In this document: one piece after another, positions 8,717 to 19,201 of the stretch
Layout: each line of letters starts with the position of its first letter
Numbering within the stretch: position 1 is the first letter of the stretch
Assembly (NCBI GenBank): GCA_038204425.1
Contig: JBBRCZ010000008.1
Span: forward strand, 32,001 to 96,000
Reading direction: 5' to 3'
DNA length: 64,000 nt
Origin: Spirochaetia bacterium
GTDB lineage: Bacteria > Spirochaetota > Spirochaetia > DSM-27196 > Salinispiraceae
Program-made: the position numbers and the translations under genes
The notes under the pieces: model-generated
Database searches by the model: none
Told to the model about the DNA's origin: nothing
The model's input: only the letters and a program-made list of their open reading frames with translations

Positions 8717-10170
8717 GTAACTCCCAGGCTGGCTGTTTGCATTTCTAAGTCGAGCATGGTCATGATGTCAGGTTTAAGCTCTTTTTTGGCGTACAGCTGA
8801 GCACGGCGTTCTTGCAGGCGGGCGCTTTCTGCTTCTAGAATTGTCGACTGTTCTTCTGGTAATTTTTGCCCCAAAATTGCACAGGCTCCTGCCCAAGTGC
8901 TTGCCAAAGTTTCTTCTTCTTCTACGTCTTGGATCAAAAAGTCGCGTATTGAGGCTTGCTTTTTTATTGCCAAGTCAATGTCGGGATGCGTTCCGGTAAC
9001 GTAGGCGCCAACGCTGATTAGATCTTCGTTTTCGGCGTAGGTTGCCATCAATTTGCGAATCGAACCTGCCACATCCTTCATCTCGCGTGTGGTAACCTTG
9101 TTGGCCAAACGACTAATTGAGGCCAAGGGATCTATAGCCGGATAGTGGTAACGCTCGGCCAGTTTTCTACTCAAAACCAAGTGACCATCAAGAATACCGC
9201 GCACCGTATCGGCGATAGGCTCATCCATGTCATCACCGTCAACCAAAATGGTATAAAAACCAGTGATGGTGCCTTTGTCGCTCGTTCCTGCTCGCTCAAG
9301 CAGGCGTGGAAGGCTAGAAAACACAGAAGGTGGATAGCCGCGTGTGGCCGGAGCCTCACCAGCCGACAAACCAACCTCACGTTGTGCTTTGGCAAAGCGC
9401 GTAACCGAATCGAACATCAGCACTACATCCATGCCTTGGTCGCGGAAGTATTCGGCATAGGCAGTAGCTGTGTAAGCTGCCTTAAGGCGGGCCATAGCAG
9501 GCTGGTCGCCGGTAGCAACCACAATTATGCTGCGCGCCAGTCCCTCGGGGCCCAAGTCCTGCTCAATAAACTCTCTCACTTCGCGACCGCGCTCACCAAT
9601 AAGGGCGATTACGTTGATGTCAGCGGTGGTGTTGCGGGCCATCATGCCCAGGAGAGTAGACTTACCTACTCCAGATCCAGCAAAAATACCCAAACGTTGA
9701 CCTTTGCCAAGCGGTGTCAAAGCATCTATAGCCCGCACCCCTGTGCCAATCTGACGCGTTATTCTCTCTCGAGACAAGGCTGGAGGTGCTTTTCCCATTA
9801 CTGGATAGTGGACTCTGCTCAAGATAGGTCCCTTAGAATCAATTGGCCGGCCCAATGCATCAACTACCCTGCCCAAAAGCATTGGTCCAACACTGACCGT
9901 CAGCTGACGGCCTTGGGCAGTTACTGGTGATCCCAGTTCTAGGCCATTTATATCTGAGTAAGGCATCAGTTTGATAATACGACCGTCAATACCGACGACT
10001 TCGGCCATGGTATGGCTACCGTTTGAACCGCCGATAGTGCAAAGCTCGCCCATAATGGCTTGTGGACCCAGCGATTCGATTAAAAGTCCCTGAATCCTCT
10101 GCACTCGTCCGATATATTTAATTGGATCAACCGTCTCCAAAATGTCTGCATATTTTCCAAAAACATCCAT
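8713..10170 (-). CDS. fliI: Flagellar export ATPase FliI
   Basis: GIFAGSGVGKS Walker A, LIGERGREV, DSVTRFA, GYPPSVF; start set to MDVFG. Confidence 0.96.
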   Translation of the reverse strand: MDVFGKYADILETVDPIKYIGRVQRIQGLLIESLGPQAIMGELCTIGGSNGSHTMAEVVGIDGRIIKLMPYSDINGLELGSPVTAQGRQLTVSVGPMLLGRVVDALGRPIDSKGPILSRVHYPVMGKAPPALSRERITRQIGTGVRAIDALTPLGKGQRLGIFAGSGVGKSTLLGMMARNTTADINVIALIGERGREVREFIEQDLGPEGLARSIIVVATGDQPAMARLKAAYTATAYAEYFRDQGMDVVLMFDSVTRFAKAQREVGLSAGEAPATRGYPPSVFSSLPRLLERAGTSDKGTITGFYTILVDGDDMDEPIADTVRGILDGHLVLSRKLAERYHYPAIDPLASISRLANKVTTREMKDVAGSIRKLMATYAENEDLISVGAYVTGTHPDIDLAIKKQASIRDFLIQDVEEEETLASTWAGACAILGQKLPEEQSTILEAESARLQERRAQLYAKKELKPDIMTMLDLEMQTASLGVT

Positions 10171-10209
10171 AACTTTCCCCTCCAAGAAGAATTGGGCGCC
10201 GATTCCGTC

Positions 10210-11166
10210 TTAAAACTCGACGCTGTTTTCTTTTGGCCGCGTACGAATTGGACTAGCTTCCAAAATTTTGTCTTCGATTTCTTGAAGTTGACTGCTTATT
10301 CGCGCGTCAATTTCACCAAAATCGGTCTCAATAATGCACCCACCGGGGTCGACGGTAGCATCTTCCATAAGACTTACGTTGCCAACACGTTCTATTCTGG
10401 CGGTGATTTCTTTGAGATGTTCGGTTGTCATCTTGAGATCAACTATGTTTACGCGGATAACCACATCCGACTTGCTCTTAAGCTTGCGCAAGGCTTGGAC
10501 TACATTGTTGATAACTACGTTACGTTGATTTTCCGTGAGCACTTTGACAACCTTCTTTGAAATTGCTAACACCAAGGAAACCAACTGTGACTCAGATTCC
10601 ACAATTATGTCATTGCGTCGGTCAATGGCCTTAGCAAGAACCATGTGAAGTCTGTCTACCAATCTATCGGCTTCGGACTTACCTTCTTGCCAACCTTCTA
10701 CACGACCTTCTTGATTGCCTCTTTCAAAAGCTTCTTTGTGAATGTCAGCAATCTTCCGGTTGGCTTCATCCAAAAGTTGTACAACTTTACTCTCGGCTTG
10801 CGCGACTATCTTGCCAGCCTGCTGTTCAGCTTCCTGTCGTATTCCCTGAGCTTGTTCGCCCTTACGTTGCACTTCTTCAAAGGCCACTTGCTCGGCGTCT
10901 TTGACAATTTTTTCTGCATTTGACTTTGCCTCGTCGAGCAGGCTTTCTCGTTCAGTTTCTACCTGCAGACGCATCGCCTCCGCCTCACGTGCAACCTCGT
11001 CGGCACTTGGTCCGGTATAGACAGGCATAGCCGGGGTCTCATCTTCGAGCTCTTCCAGTTGAGCAGGCATGGCCTCAATAACTCGACGAGACAAGACCGG
11101 CGGACTAATGTGTACCTTGGTGGGAGAAATTTCTATCTCATTTGAGCGCAATACATTCTTGGCCAT
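10210..11166 (-). CDS. fliH: Flagellar assembly protein FliH
   Basis: AxxxG(xxxG) repeats, GGCIIETDFGEIDARI. Confidence 0.94.
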   Translation of the reverse strand: MAKNVLRSNEIEISPTKVHISPPVLSRRVIEAMPAQLEELEDETPAMPVYTGPSADEVAREAEAMRLQVETERESLLDEAKSNAEKIVKDAEQVAFEEVQRKGEQAQGIRQEAEQQAGKIVAQAESKVVQLLDEANRKIADIHKEAFERGNQEGRVEGWQEGKSEADRLVDRLHMVLAKAIDRRNDIIVESESQLVSLVLAISKKVVKVLTENQRNVVINNVVQALRKLKSKSDVVIRVNIVDLKMTTEHLKEITARIERVGNVSLMEDATVDPGGCIIETDFGEIDARISSQLQEIEDKILEASPIRTRPKENSVEF

Positions 11167-11179
11167 TCTTTATGCCGCC

Positions 11180-12247
11180 TTACACAACCATTTCATCTTC
11201 ACCAGCACGTGCAATAACTATTTCGCCGGCTTCTTCGAGCTTCCTAATTATGGATACGATCTTCTGTTGAGCTTCTTCTACGTCCTTCATGCGGATTGGA
11301 CCCATGTATTCCATGTCTTCTTTGAGAAGTTGGCTGGCGCGCTTGGACATATTGCGAAAGATCTTGTCCTGTACTTCGTTGTCAACACTTTTGAGCGCCT
11401 TTGCAAGTTCTGCCGAGTCAACTTCACGCAGTACTTTTTGGATAGAACGGTCGTCAAGCATAACAATGTCTTCGAAGACAAACATTCGTTTCTTAATTTC
11501 TTCTGCCAGTTCTGGATCTTCTTCTTCCAAGTTTTCGATAATGCCCTTCTCAGTAGTTCGGTCTACTAAGTTAAGAATTTCAACAACGCTTTCTACACCA
11601 CCAGCGGCGGTGTAGTCTTCACTAGATATGGTAGAAAGCTTCTTTTCTAGTACGCGCTCAACTTCGCGCAGAGTTTCTGGACTGGTTCTGTCCATGGTGG
11701 CTATACGCTTGGCAATATCACTTTGGACTTCATGAGAAAGGTTGGACAAAATAGTAGCTGCCTTGCCAGGTTCCAAATAAGCCAGAATAAGCGCGATAGT
11801 CTGCGGATGTTCTTGTTGGATAAAGTTTAACAGGTGCGTTGGATCGGTGCGGCGAATAAAATCAAACGGGCGCACTTGCAAACTTGAGGTGAGTCGATTG
11901 ATTATATCTACCGCTTTTTGACTGCCGAGTGATTTTTCCAAAAGTTCACGCGCATAGTCGATACCACCCATGGTGATAAAGTCCTGAGCCATCATCAACT
12001 CTTGGAACTCCTGCAAGACCGTATCACGTGTTCCACTGTCAACTGACTCTAGGCGAGCAATCTCAAAGGTTAGCGTTTCTATCTCGTCCTCTCGTAAATG
12101 CTTAAAGATCTCAGCAGAAATCTCAGAGCCAATAGTTACAAGGAAGACTGCCGCCTTTTGGCGGCCATTTAATTCTCTGTTGTGTCCGGATTTTTTTCCG
12201 GTGTGGGGGCCGCCAGCGGCGGCTTGCGGCCCAGGTGCCTTGGACAT
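11180..12247 (-). CDS. fliG: Flagellar motor switch protein FliG
   Basis: GGIDYA, EHPQTIA, MFVFEDI, GPIRMKDVEEAQ. Confidence 0.97.
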   Translation of the reverse strand: MSKAPGPQAAAGGPHTGKKSGHNRELNGRQKAAVFLVTIGSEISAEIFKHLREDEIETLTFEIARLESVDSGTRDTVLQEFQELMMAQDFITMGGIDYARELLEKSLGSQKAVDIINRLTSSLQVRPFDFIRRTDPTHLLNFIQQEHPQTIALILAYLEPGKAATILSNLSHEVQSDIAKRIATMDRTSPETLREVERVLEKKLSTISSEDYTAAGGVESVVEILNLVDRTTEKGIIENLEEEDPELAEEIKKRMFVFEDIVMLDDRSIQKVLREVDSAELAKALKSVDNEVQDKIFRNMSKRASQLLKEDMEYMGPIRMKDVEEAQQKIVSIIRKLEEAGEIVIARAGEDEMVV

Positions 12248-12250
12248 GGA

Positions 12251-13957
12251 TTACTCCTCCATTAACCAGGTGCGAATGAGCTGCGCAACATCCTCGGGAT
12301 GTTCACGGGCCAAATTAACAGCCTGTTCTTGCAGTTCCAGTCGGGCGCGTTCTTCGACCGACATTTCCACCTCGGTACTTTCCTCTTCGGCGTTGCGCAA
12401 CGCTGCTTCGCGCATGGCTTGGTGCTGACGTGCCAATTCTTCTTCGCGCAAGCGACGTCTGCGTTCCATCTCGCGGGATACGAGTCTAAAGATTATGAAC
12501 ACTACCAGTATAAACGCCAATCCAAGCATAGAAAAGAGCACTACTTGTTGGACTTGCTCTGCTCGTCTGATGGCGTCGTCTTCTTCTGAATGTTCTTTGG
12601 TTCGATCAAACATCAAATTTTCTACTCTAACCAAGTCGCCTCTGACAGCATTAAAGCCAACGGCAGCTTCTACCAATTTTTGCGCGCTACCAAGTTGCTC
12701 AGAGCTTAGAGCGACATATTCGCGCTTGATACTACCGTCGGTGTTGCGTTCAAAAGTGCCGTCTGGCTTGTAAACCTTCTTCCAAGAACCATCAATCGCA
12801 ACCGCGATACTTACGCGCTTGATCTCCGGTTGGCCCGTTTCTTTGGTGATAGTCTTATTGATTTCGTAGTTGGTTCGGTTGTCGTTACGACTATACTGAC
12901 CTACCAAGCCAGAAAGATCTTTGTAGGCAGGAGGCGTTTGACCTTCTACGCCAGCTGGACCTTCTGGGTTCCAACCAGATCCCTTAAACTCTTCGTTAAA
13001 CTTTTGTTCGGAAATTGGCACGTTGAGTACAATCTCACGCTCCGAAAAAGGCGTCAGCGGATTGTCGGCCACCGTTTCTATTGGGGTAACTTCGGTTCTG
13101 TCGCTGGTGCGATTTCCCATGTCTAGCATGACTTCAGTATTTACTAGCTGGACGCGAGACTCGCCAAACATTTTTGATAGTGTTGACGTAATGGTCTTCA
13201 TGTACTTGATTTCTTCTGATCGTTTGATCTTGAGAATTCGTTGCTTGAGATCGAGGTCATCAACTGAGGCCGTATTGGCCCAATCGTTGAGCTGCATGCC
13301 GGACAAGTCGGTAATAACAATGCTGTCTTTCTTAAGTCCTGGCACTGCCAACATTATTAGCTTTTCGATACCTTCTATCTTTTTGCGGTTACCCACAATG
13401 TCACTGCCAGGTCGTGGCGACAAGATAACTGACGCCGTTACCGGGTCTTGATCGTCGGCCAAGAGTGTTTTTTCTGGAATTTGAATAACAACGTTTGAGG
13501 TGTCAACGTCGTCTAGGGCAGAGATATGTTGTTCGAGCTGACCTTCGATTGCACGTCTTAAGTTGACGTTGCGTTCAAAATCAGTAATCGTCCAGCGTTC
13601 TATGTCAAAAAGTGCCCAAGGATCGGTTCCTGCCGGAATCAAATCCTCACGAGCCAAGACTGCCTTGGCTTTTTTGGCTTCTTTTTCGTTGGTCGTCATC
13701 AAGCGGTTGTCGGCAGTTATAGTATATGCTATACCCTCAGTCTCCAAACGATTGGTGATACGCTCTCGCAGTGCTTCGTCAGTGATTGGCTTGGAAAGTA
13801 TCGGCACCAAATTGGGGCCTGCACTGATGGCAAGCGCACCTATGATGAGTACAATCACTACCCCAATAACTGCAAAAAAAGCTACTCGTTGGGGTGTCTT
13901 CATTGACCCCCAAGTCTTTTTAAGCGTTTCAACCAGCTTCTTGAAAAATTCGTTCAT
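12251..13957 (-). CDS. fliF: Flagellar M-ring protein FliF
   Basis: Two TM segments, TITDFER, TASVIL, C-terminal PEDVAQLIRTWL; start set to MNEFF. Confidence 0.95.
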   Translation of the reverse strand: MNEFFKKLVETLKKTWGSMKTPQRVAFFAVIGVVIVLIIGALAISAGPNLVPILSKPITDEALRERITNRLETEGIAYTITADNRLMTTNEKEAKKAKAVLAREDLIPAGTDPWALFDIERWTITDFERNVNLRRAIEGQLEQHISALDDVDTSNVVIQIPEKTLLADDQDPVTASVILSPRPGSDIVGNRKKIEGIEKLIMLAVPGLKKDSIVITDLSGMQLNDWANTASVDDLDLKQRILKIKRSEEIKYMKTITSTLSKMFGESRVQLVNTEVMLDMGNRTSDRTEVTPIETVADNPLTPFSEREIVLNVPISEQKFNEEFKGSGWNPEGPAGVEGQTPPAYKDLSGLVGQYSRNDNRTNYEINKTITKETGQPEIKRVSIAVAIDGSWKKVYKPDGTFERNTDGSIKREYVALSSEQLGSAQKLVEAAVGFNAVRGDLVRVENLMFDRTKEHSEEDDAIRRAEQVQQVVLFSMLGLAFILVVFIIFRLVSREMERRRRLREEELARQHQAMREAALRNAEEESTEVEMSVEERARLELQEQAVNLAREHPEDVAQLIRTWLMEE

Positions 13958-14008
13958 AACCCCTCCCCGGATGAACAAAGCATCTCAATGCTCTTGCTTC
14001 AAACCTTA

Positions 14009-14335
14009 TCAGCGTAAAGTAGTCAGATCTTTGTAAGCCCTGATTACTCTGTCGATGACATTTTTGGTAATATTAAGTGCCAAGTTTGCTTCGGCACCTG
14101 CGATGGTAATATCATGTGGATCAACCGACTCAGGGTTGGTTATTGCTTGCTGACTCAAGGCAGCGTAATCTTGTTGTAGGCCGTTAACATCCTGTAGGCT
14201 GTCGGCAAGCAGAGAACCAAAATCCTTTTTGCCTTCGTCCAAAGGCGTTTCATTCATACCCATAACGTGACGGGAACTAGTGGTCTTCATGCGAAAGAGA
14301 TCACCACTTACTTGTTCAATTCCTAGACCTGTCAT
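14009..14335 (-). CDS. fliE: Basal body protein FliE
   Basis: DPHDITIAGAEANLAL...RAYKDL; between flgC and fliF. Confidence 0.93.
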   Translation of the reverse strand: MTGLGIEQVSGDLFRMKTTSSRHVMGMNETPLDEGKKDFGSLLADSLQDVNGLQQDYAALSQQAITNPESVDPHDITIAGAEANLALNITKNVIDRVIRAYKDLTTLR

Positions 14336-14345
14336 AATTTATTCC

Positions 14346-14807
14346 TTATCCTCGACCAATTTCGAGAGCCTTCATGAACATTGCCTTGGCGCTGTTAACT
14401 ACTGCCACATTGGCGTCGTAACTGCGGCTTGCCGAGATCAAATCCACCATTTCTTCGACTACGCTTACGTTAGGAAACTCTACATAGCCAGCTTGTGGGC
14501 CAGATTTGATAGCATCGGGATGGGTTGGATCGTAAACCATGCGGGCTGGCTTTTGTGTATCTTCTTCTATCTTCTCTACGCGCACGCCACGTCCCTTACC
14601 GCCATCGAGGGCACCAGGAAACATGGTGCTTCTCCATGTTGGCTGGTCAGATTGCGCGCGAACCACCACGCGACTGCGCTTAAAAGGGCCACCTTCTGAT
14701 GTCCGTGTGGACTCTACGTTGGCGATGTTGTTGGCGATAACGTCTTGTCTCAAACGTTGTGCTGTCAGGCCACTGGCAGCAATATTGATTGTATTAAAAA
14801 GTCCCAT
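14346..14807 (-). CDS. flgC: Rod protein FlgC
   Basis: ASGLTAQRLRQDVIANNIAN, YDPTHPDA, ASRSYDAN. Confidence 0.97.
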   Translation of the reverse strand: MGLFNTINIAASGLTAQRLRQDVIANNIANVESTRTSEGGPFKRSRVVVRAQSDQPTWRSTMFPGALDGGKGRGVRVEKIEEDTQKPARMVYDPTHPDAIKSGPQAGYVEFPNVSVVEEMVDLISASRSYDANVAVVNSAKAMFMKALEIGRG

Positions 14808-14812
14808 CCTGT

Positions 14813-15232
14813 TTATCCTCTCAGTACTAAGTTGACATTGTTAAAATGTCCGCTGACCGACTGAACCAACATGTTGTACGACAACTGCGCATTGACCGCA
14901 TTTGAGGTTTCTTCTTCTATATCCACGTTGTTGCCATTGTTCTTGCCTTGGACATTCCACTCAGTAACCCGACGAGGTACGACGCTCTTGTAGTCAACCG
15001 GTCTATCAAAGGGAATATGCCGTTCGTTGGTCATCAGGGTCGGAAACGCTGGCTTCTTTTCACTAGCCAAGGCTGCCGTAAGCGAAGTCTCAAAGTTGAC
15101 AACTTGACGCTTAAAATGAGGTGTGTCGGCATTGGCAATATTGTTGGCGGTAACTTCTTGTCGCATCAAGTTGACACCCATTGTTCGCCTGAGAATATCG
15201 ACAGTCTTTCCAAAACTATTGTCCAGATACAT
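14813..15232 (-). CDS. flgB: Rod protein FlgB
   Basis: RQEVTANNIANADTP, NGNNVDIE; ATG 15232 with GGAGG RBS. Confidence 0.95.
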   Translation of the reverse strand: MYLDNSFGKTVDILRRTMGVNLMRQEVTANNIANADTPHFKRQVVNFETSLTAALASEKKPAFPTLMTNERHIPFDRPVDYKSVVPRRVTEWNVQGKNNGNNVDIEEETSNAVNAQLSYNMLVQSVSGHFNNVNLVLRG

Positions 15233-15289
15233 TCTACCTCCAAAAAGAGCATGGCCTGCTGGCCTTGCCAAAAAAAATACTCTCTTAGT

Positions 15290-15316
15290 ATTTCGGCACT
15301 AATCCTTATCTATTAA
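15290..15316 (-). promoter_or_regulatory. Putative sigma-28 promoter of the flgB operon
   Basis: TTAA-N15-GCCGAAAT versus consensus TAAA-N15-GCCGATAA; the -35 overlaps the hslU stop codon. Confidence 0.7.
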
Positions 15317-16851
15317 AGGATATATCTACTTAGATCCTGGTCTTTTACGACGGTATCAAGCCTTTCGCGAACATAAGCTTCGCTTACGGTTACTTTTTGG
15401 CCCTGCATCTCGGAAGCATGGAACGAAACTTCTTCTAGCAAGAGCTCCATAATGGTGGATAGCCTTCTTGCGCCAATGTTCTCGGTTTTTTGATTTACTT
15501 CGGCTGCTATCGAAGCCAAGAGACGCAAAGCGGGTTCTTCAAAGACCAGTTCTACGCCTTCGGTTTTGAGCAGCTCTTGATATTGCACCGTAATAGCATT
15601 GGCGGGCTGGGTAAGAATGCGGAAGAAATCGGCCTCGCCTAGCGACTCGAGTTCTACTCTAATGGGAAAGCGACCTTGCAGTTCTGGAATTAGGTCAGAT
15701 GGTTTGGACATATGAAAAGCGCCAGCAGCGATAAAGAGAATATGACGCGTGTCAACTAAGCCGTACTTGGTATTGACTTGGCAACCTTCGACTATCGGCA
15801 GGATGTCGCGTTGCACCCCTTCGCGGCTTACGTCGGGCCCGCCACCCTTGTTGCCTCTACTGGCGATCTTGTCAATCTCATCAATAAATATAATGCCCAT
15901 TTGTTGAGCGCGTTCTCGGGCAATTTCGCCAGCTTGATCTGAGTCTACCAATTTGGCCATTTCTTCCGCTATCAAAACGTCTCGTGCTGCACCAACCTTT
16001 AGGCGCTTGCGTTTCTTCTTGTTGCCTCCCAAAAGACCCTGCAGATTGCCTAGGTTAAAGTCAAAACCCTCTATCCCGCTGCCAGAAAAGACCTCAATCG
16101 ACGCCGGATTCTGACTAGAAACTTGGATTTCAACTTCGCGGTCATCAAGCACTCCTTGCCTGAGCTTGGCGCGCATACGTTCTCGGGCCTTGGCATCAGC
16201 TTCTAGCTGGACGGGGTCAGGTTTAAGTTCTTCTGCTGGTTTGGCATCGCCACTTTGATTAGTCTCACTTGACGAAGCAGTTTTTTGCCCCATGATGGCG
16301 GCTTGCAGCTGGCCAAGGTCGATACCCAAAAAGCCTGGACCAGATGGTCCAGCGCTGCCAGAAACAAGGCCAGGCATGCCTGTACCCGCTGCCTTAGGGT
16401 TTGCTTGTTCTGTTTTGCTACCAGGCAAGAGCAGATCGAGCAAGCTTTCTTCGGCGCGGTTCTGAGCTTGCTCGCGCACTTCTTCTTGCAGCTCTTGGCG
16501 CACCATGTTGACGGCAACATGCATCAAGTCACGCACCATAGATTCCACATCGCGACCTACGTAGCCTACTTCAGTAAACTTGGTCGCTTCCACTTTAATA
16601 AAAGGAGCCCCAGAAAGCTTCGAAATACGTCGTGCAATTTCGGTTTTGCCCACACCGGTTGGTCCAATCATAATAATATTCTTTGGAGCCACTTCATCCT
16701 GTAATTCGGCCGGCAGTCGTTTGCGGCGCACGCGGTTACGCAGTGCTATGGCAACTGACTTTTTTGCCTTGTCTTGGCCAACGATGTATTTGTCCAGCTC
16801 AGCTACGATCTGGCGCGGGCTCATGCTGTCAATATCTAGGCTAATACTCAT
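15313..16851 (-). CDS. hslU: ATP-dependent protease ATPase subunit HslU
   Basis: [24 protein letters not shown] pore motif, [19 protein letters not shown]-terminal DLSRYIL. Confidence 0.97.
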   Translation of the reverse strand: MSISLDIDSMSPRQIVAELDKYIVGQDKAKKSVAIALRNRVRRKRLPAELQDEVAPKNIIMIGPTGVGKTEIARRISKLSGAPFIKVEATKFTEVGYVGRDVESMVRDLMHVAVNMVRQELQEEVREQAQNRAEESLLDLLLPGSKTEQANPKAAGTGMPGLVSGSAGPSGPGFLGIDLGQLQAAIMGQKTASSSETNQSGDAKPAEELKPDPVQLEADAKARERMRAKLRQGVLDDREVEIQVSSQNPASIEVFSGSGIEGFDFNLGNLQGLLGGNKKKRKRLKVGAARDVLIAEEMAKLVDSDQAGEIARERAQQMGIIFIDEIDKIASRGNKGGGPDVSREGVQRDILPIVEGCQVNTKYGLVDTRHILFIAAGAFHMSKPSDLIPELQGRFPIRVELESLGEADFFRILTQPANAITVQYQELLKTEGVELVFEEPALRLLASIAAEVNQKTENIGARRLSTIMELLLEEVSFHASEMQGQKVTVSEAYVRERLDTVVKDQDLSRYIL

Positions 16852-17381
16852 GCCAGTTCCTCCAGAATTATGTTTTCATTAGTGTAGATACAGATTCTAC
16901 CGGCGATTTCTAGTGACTTACGGGCGATGGCGGCCGCGTCAAGACTTTCGTTCTCCAAGTAAGCCAGCGCAGCCGAGTAGGCATAGTTGCCGCCTGAGCC
17001 AATAGCGATACAACCGCTTTCTGGTTCAATTACATCACCAGTTCCAGAAATTAAGTAGGTGCGCTCCCGGTCGGTAACCAAAAGCATGGCCTCAAGTTTT
17101 TGCAGCATGCGGTCGGTGCGCCAGTCTTTGGCGAGTTCCACACTTGCGCGGGTCAGGTCGCCGCCAAATTCCTTAACTTTTGCTTCAAAGCGGTCAAATA
17201 GTGTAAAGGCGTCAGCAGTCGCGCCAGCGAAGCCAACTAGGACTTTGTCGTCATGAATCCGTCTAATTTTTCTGGCGTTGCCCTTGAGCACGGTATTGCC
17301 TAAGGTCACTTGACCGTCCGCCGCCATGGCAACCTTGCCATTTTTCCTGACTACTATAACTGTGGTACTACGAATCTTCAT
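16848..17381 (-). CDS. hslV: ATP-dependent protease peptidase subunit HslV
   Basis: STTVIVV catalytic Thr, [27 protein letters not shown] 17381 with AAGGAG RBS. Confidence 0.96.
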   Translation of the reverse strand: MKIRSTTVIVVRKNGKVAMAADGQVTLGNTVLKGNARKIRRIHDDKVLVGFAGATADAFTLFDRFEAKVKEFGGDLTRASVELAKDWRTDRMLQKLEAMLLVTDRERTYLISGTGDVIEPESGCIAIGSGGNYAYSAALAYLENESLDAAAIARKSLEIAGRICIYTNENIILEELA

Positions 17382-18339
17382 GTGGTTCTCCTTGCAAACG
17401 ATGGCTTGGTACACGGGCAGTACTGCTGCGTCGCATTCCATGCGGATGGGCCTGACTATAGATCGATTTGAGTCTGCTAAGTCCCATGTGGGTATAAACT
17501 TGAGTTGTAGAAAGCGAAGAGTGTCCAAGCAGTTCTTGAACAACACGCAAATCTAGCCCGCGATCCATCAAGTGGGTCGCAAAACTGTGTCTCAGTCCGT
17601 GTGGTGAAATACGGCGACTCATGCCTGCCTTTTTTTGAAGCTGATTGAGTATAAATTGAACACCGCGGACACTCAAAGCGCCACCTATAAAATTGACAAA
17701 AAGGTAGTCGTGCTGGCGGTCGTGCTGGCGCATAATCTGCTCTCTCCAGAGCAGGTAGTCTTGCAGCGCTTGACGGGATTTTTCTCCCAAAAACACAAAG
17801 CGTTCTTTGCGTCCCTTGCCGCGCACCAAGATACGACTGCGGTCGAGTTCCAAACGAATGGTCTTAATAGCGGTGACTTCGGAAACACGGCACCCGGTAG
17901 AATACATCAGCTCAAGCAAGGCTCGGTCCCGTAAACCTTGAGCTTGCAGTTGGATAGATGCGATCAATTTTTCTACATCGTCTTCAAAGAGAAAAGTCGG
18001 TAAGTGTCTAGATACGCGCAGACTACGCACGCCGTCCATGGGAGATAAATCCAAGTAGCCCAGTTGAACAAGCCAGGTAAAATAGCCCTTTAAGGACGAA
18101 AGGTGGCGATTGACACTTTTGGGATCTAGGCCACGATTTCCAAGCCAGGCAATAAAACCACGAATATCGGTGAACGAAATGTCTACAAGTCTAAGGCTTG
18201 CGGGATTGTGGCCACTTTCGTTCTTGAGCCAGCTTTGGAAGGATGTCAAGTCGGCGCTATAGGCCTTGGTACTGGCTTGGCTCAGATTCCTGACGCTTTT
18301 GAGGTTGCGCATATAGTTGTCAATCAAAAAATCCACCAT
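17368..18339 (-). CDS. xerC: Tyrosine recombinase, XerC-like
   Basis: [50 protein letters not shown]; upstream of hslV. Confidence 0.88.
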   Translation of the reverse strand: MVDFLIDNYMRNLKSVRNLSQASTKAYSADLTSFQSWLKNESGHNPASLRLVDISFTDIRGFIAWLGNRGLDPKSVNRHLSSLKGYFTWLVQLGYLDLSPMDGVRSLRVSRHLPTFLFEDDVEKLIASIQLQAQGLRDRALLELMYSTGCRVSEVTAIKTIRLELDRSRILVRGKGRKERFVFLGEKSRQALQDYLLWREQIMRQHDRQHDYLFVNFIGGALSVRGVQFILNQLQKKAGMSRRISPHGLRHSFATHLMDRGLDLRVVQELLGHSSLSTTQVYTHMGLSRLKSIYSQAHPHGMRRSSTARVPSHRLQGEPHEDS

Positions 18340-19192
18340 GGCTTAATAAGTCGTTTGGTCCAGCAACGATACGTGCTCCATCGTTAACCAGATTCCTAGT
18401 GCCTAATCCTCGCGAGCTAGAAAAACCCACTTGGTGTACTACGACTTCTCTCCCTTCTTCCAAACTATAGTTGGCACTAATAAGTGCACCTGATTTCTCT
18501 GGTGCCTCAATAACCACCAAAACTGGACACAAGCCGCTTATAAGGCGATTGCGTCGCGGAAACTGATAGGTTAAGGATGGCGAAGCCACCCCAAACTCAC
18601 TAATCAAAGCACCACCAGCATCTATCATTCGAGCTGCTAGTCGCGCATGCATACGTGGCTGAACTTCATCAATGCCACCTGCCAAAACCGCCATGGTATA
18701 GCCGCCACCATCCAAGGTACCGGCGTGGGCTGCGCCGTCAATTCCATATGCCAGACCAGAAATCACGCCCACCCCGCAGCTTGCGCAGTCCATTCCAAAA
18801 CGCCAGGCCGCTAATCGCCCACCTTCAGAAGGAAAGCGCGTTCCAACTACTGCAAAAAGCATCGCATCACCCGGTGGCAAATGGCCACGATGCCACAACA
18901 CAAACGGCGGATCCCAGATTCCCTTCAAGAGAGCCGGAAAATCTTCTTGCCAGAGGCCCACAATCTTGGCCGCGCCGCGCTCAAGGTAACGCAGATCCGC
19001 CTCGGCTTGTGAGCGGTAAACACGGCGATCGCGTACAACTGCCTTAAAGCGCCGGCCGGTACGTTTGCTCAAGTCATCGACAGACATCGCAAGTACATCA
19101 CTAGCCACAATACCTTCTTGCAAAAATGCCAACTTTTCTCTTCCACGCAAAAAAGTCAGACGGGACAGGTTCAAAATCTCTAGCACATCCAT
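18320..19192 (-). CDS. dprA: DNA processing protein DprA/Smf
   Basis: AVVGTR, ISGLAYGIDGAAH, FPRRNRLISGL, EAPEKSGALI. Confidence 0.95.
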   Translation of the reverse strand: MDVLEILNLSRLTFLRGREKLAFLQEGIVASDVLAMSVDDLSKRTGRRFKAVVRDRRVYRSQAEADLRYLERGAAKIVGLWQEDFPALLKGIWDPPFVLWHRGHLPPGDAMLFAVVGTRFPSEGGRLAAWRFGMDCASCGVGVISGLAYGIDGAAHAGTLDGGGYTMAVLAGGIDEVQPRMHARLAARMIDAGGALISEFGVASPSLTYQFPRRNRLISGLCPVLVVIEAPEKSGALISANYSLEEGREVVVHQVGFSSSRGLGTRNLVNDGARIVAGPNDLLSHGGFFD

Positions 19193-19201
19193 AGTGCTTG
19201 A

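Noticed and set aside
9145..9930. 261-aa plus-strand ORF antisense to fliI (and similar antisense ORFs such as 22067-22657, 24036-24578, 46889-47584)
   Set aside because: Shadow frames of well-supported genes; no motifs or RBS.
17381..17546. Long N-terminal extensions and large overlaps in the ORF track (hslV, ftsZ, xerD, ftsW, recN, 35291-36163, mazG, aminopeptidase)
   Set aside because: Artefacts of taking the first possible start; downstream starts match family N-termini and usually have an RBS.
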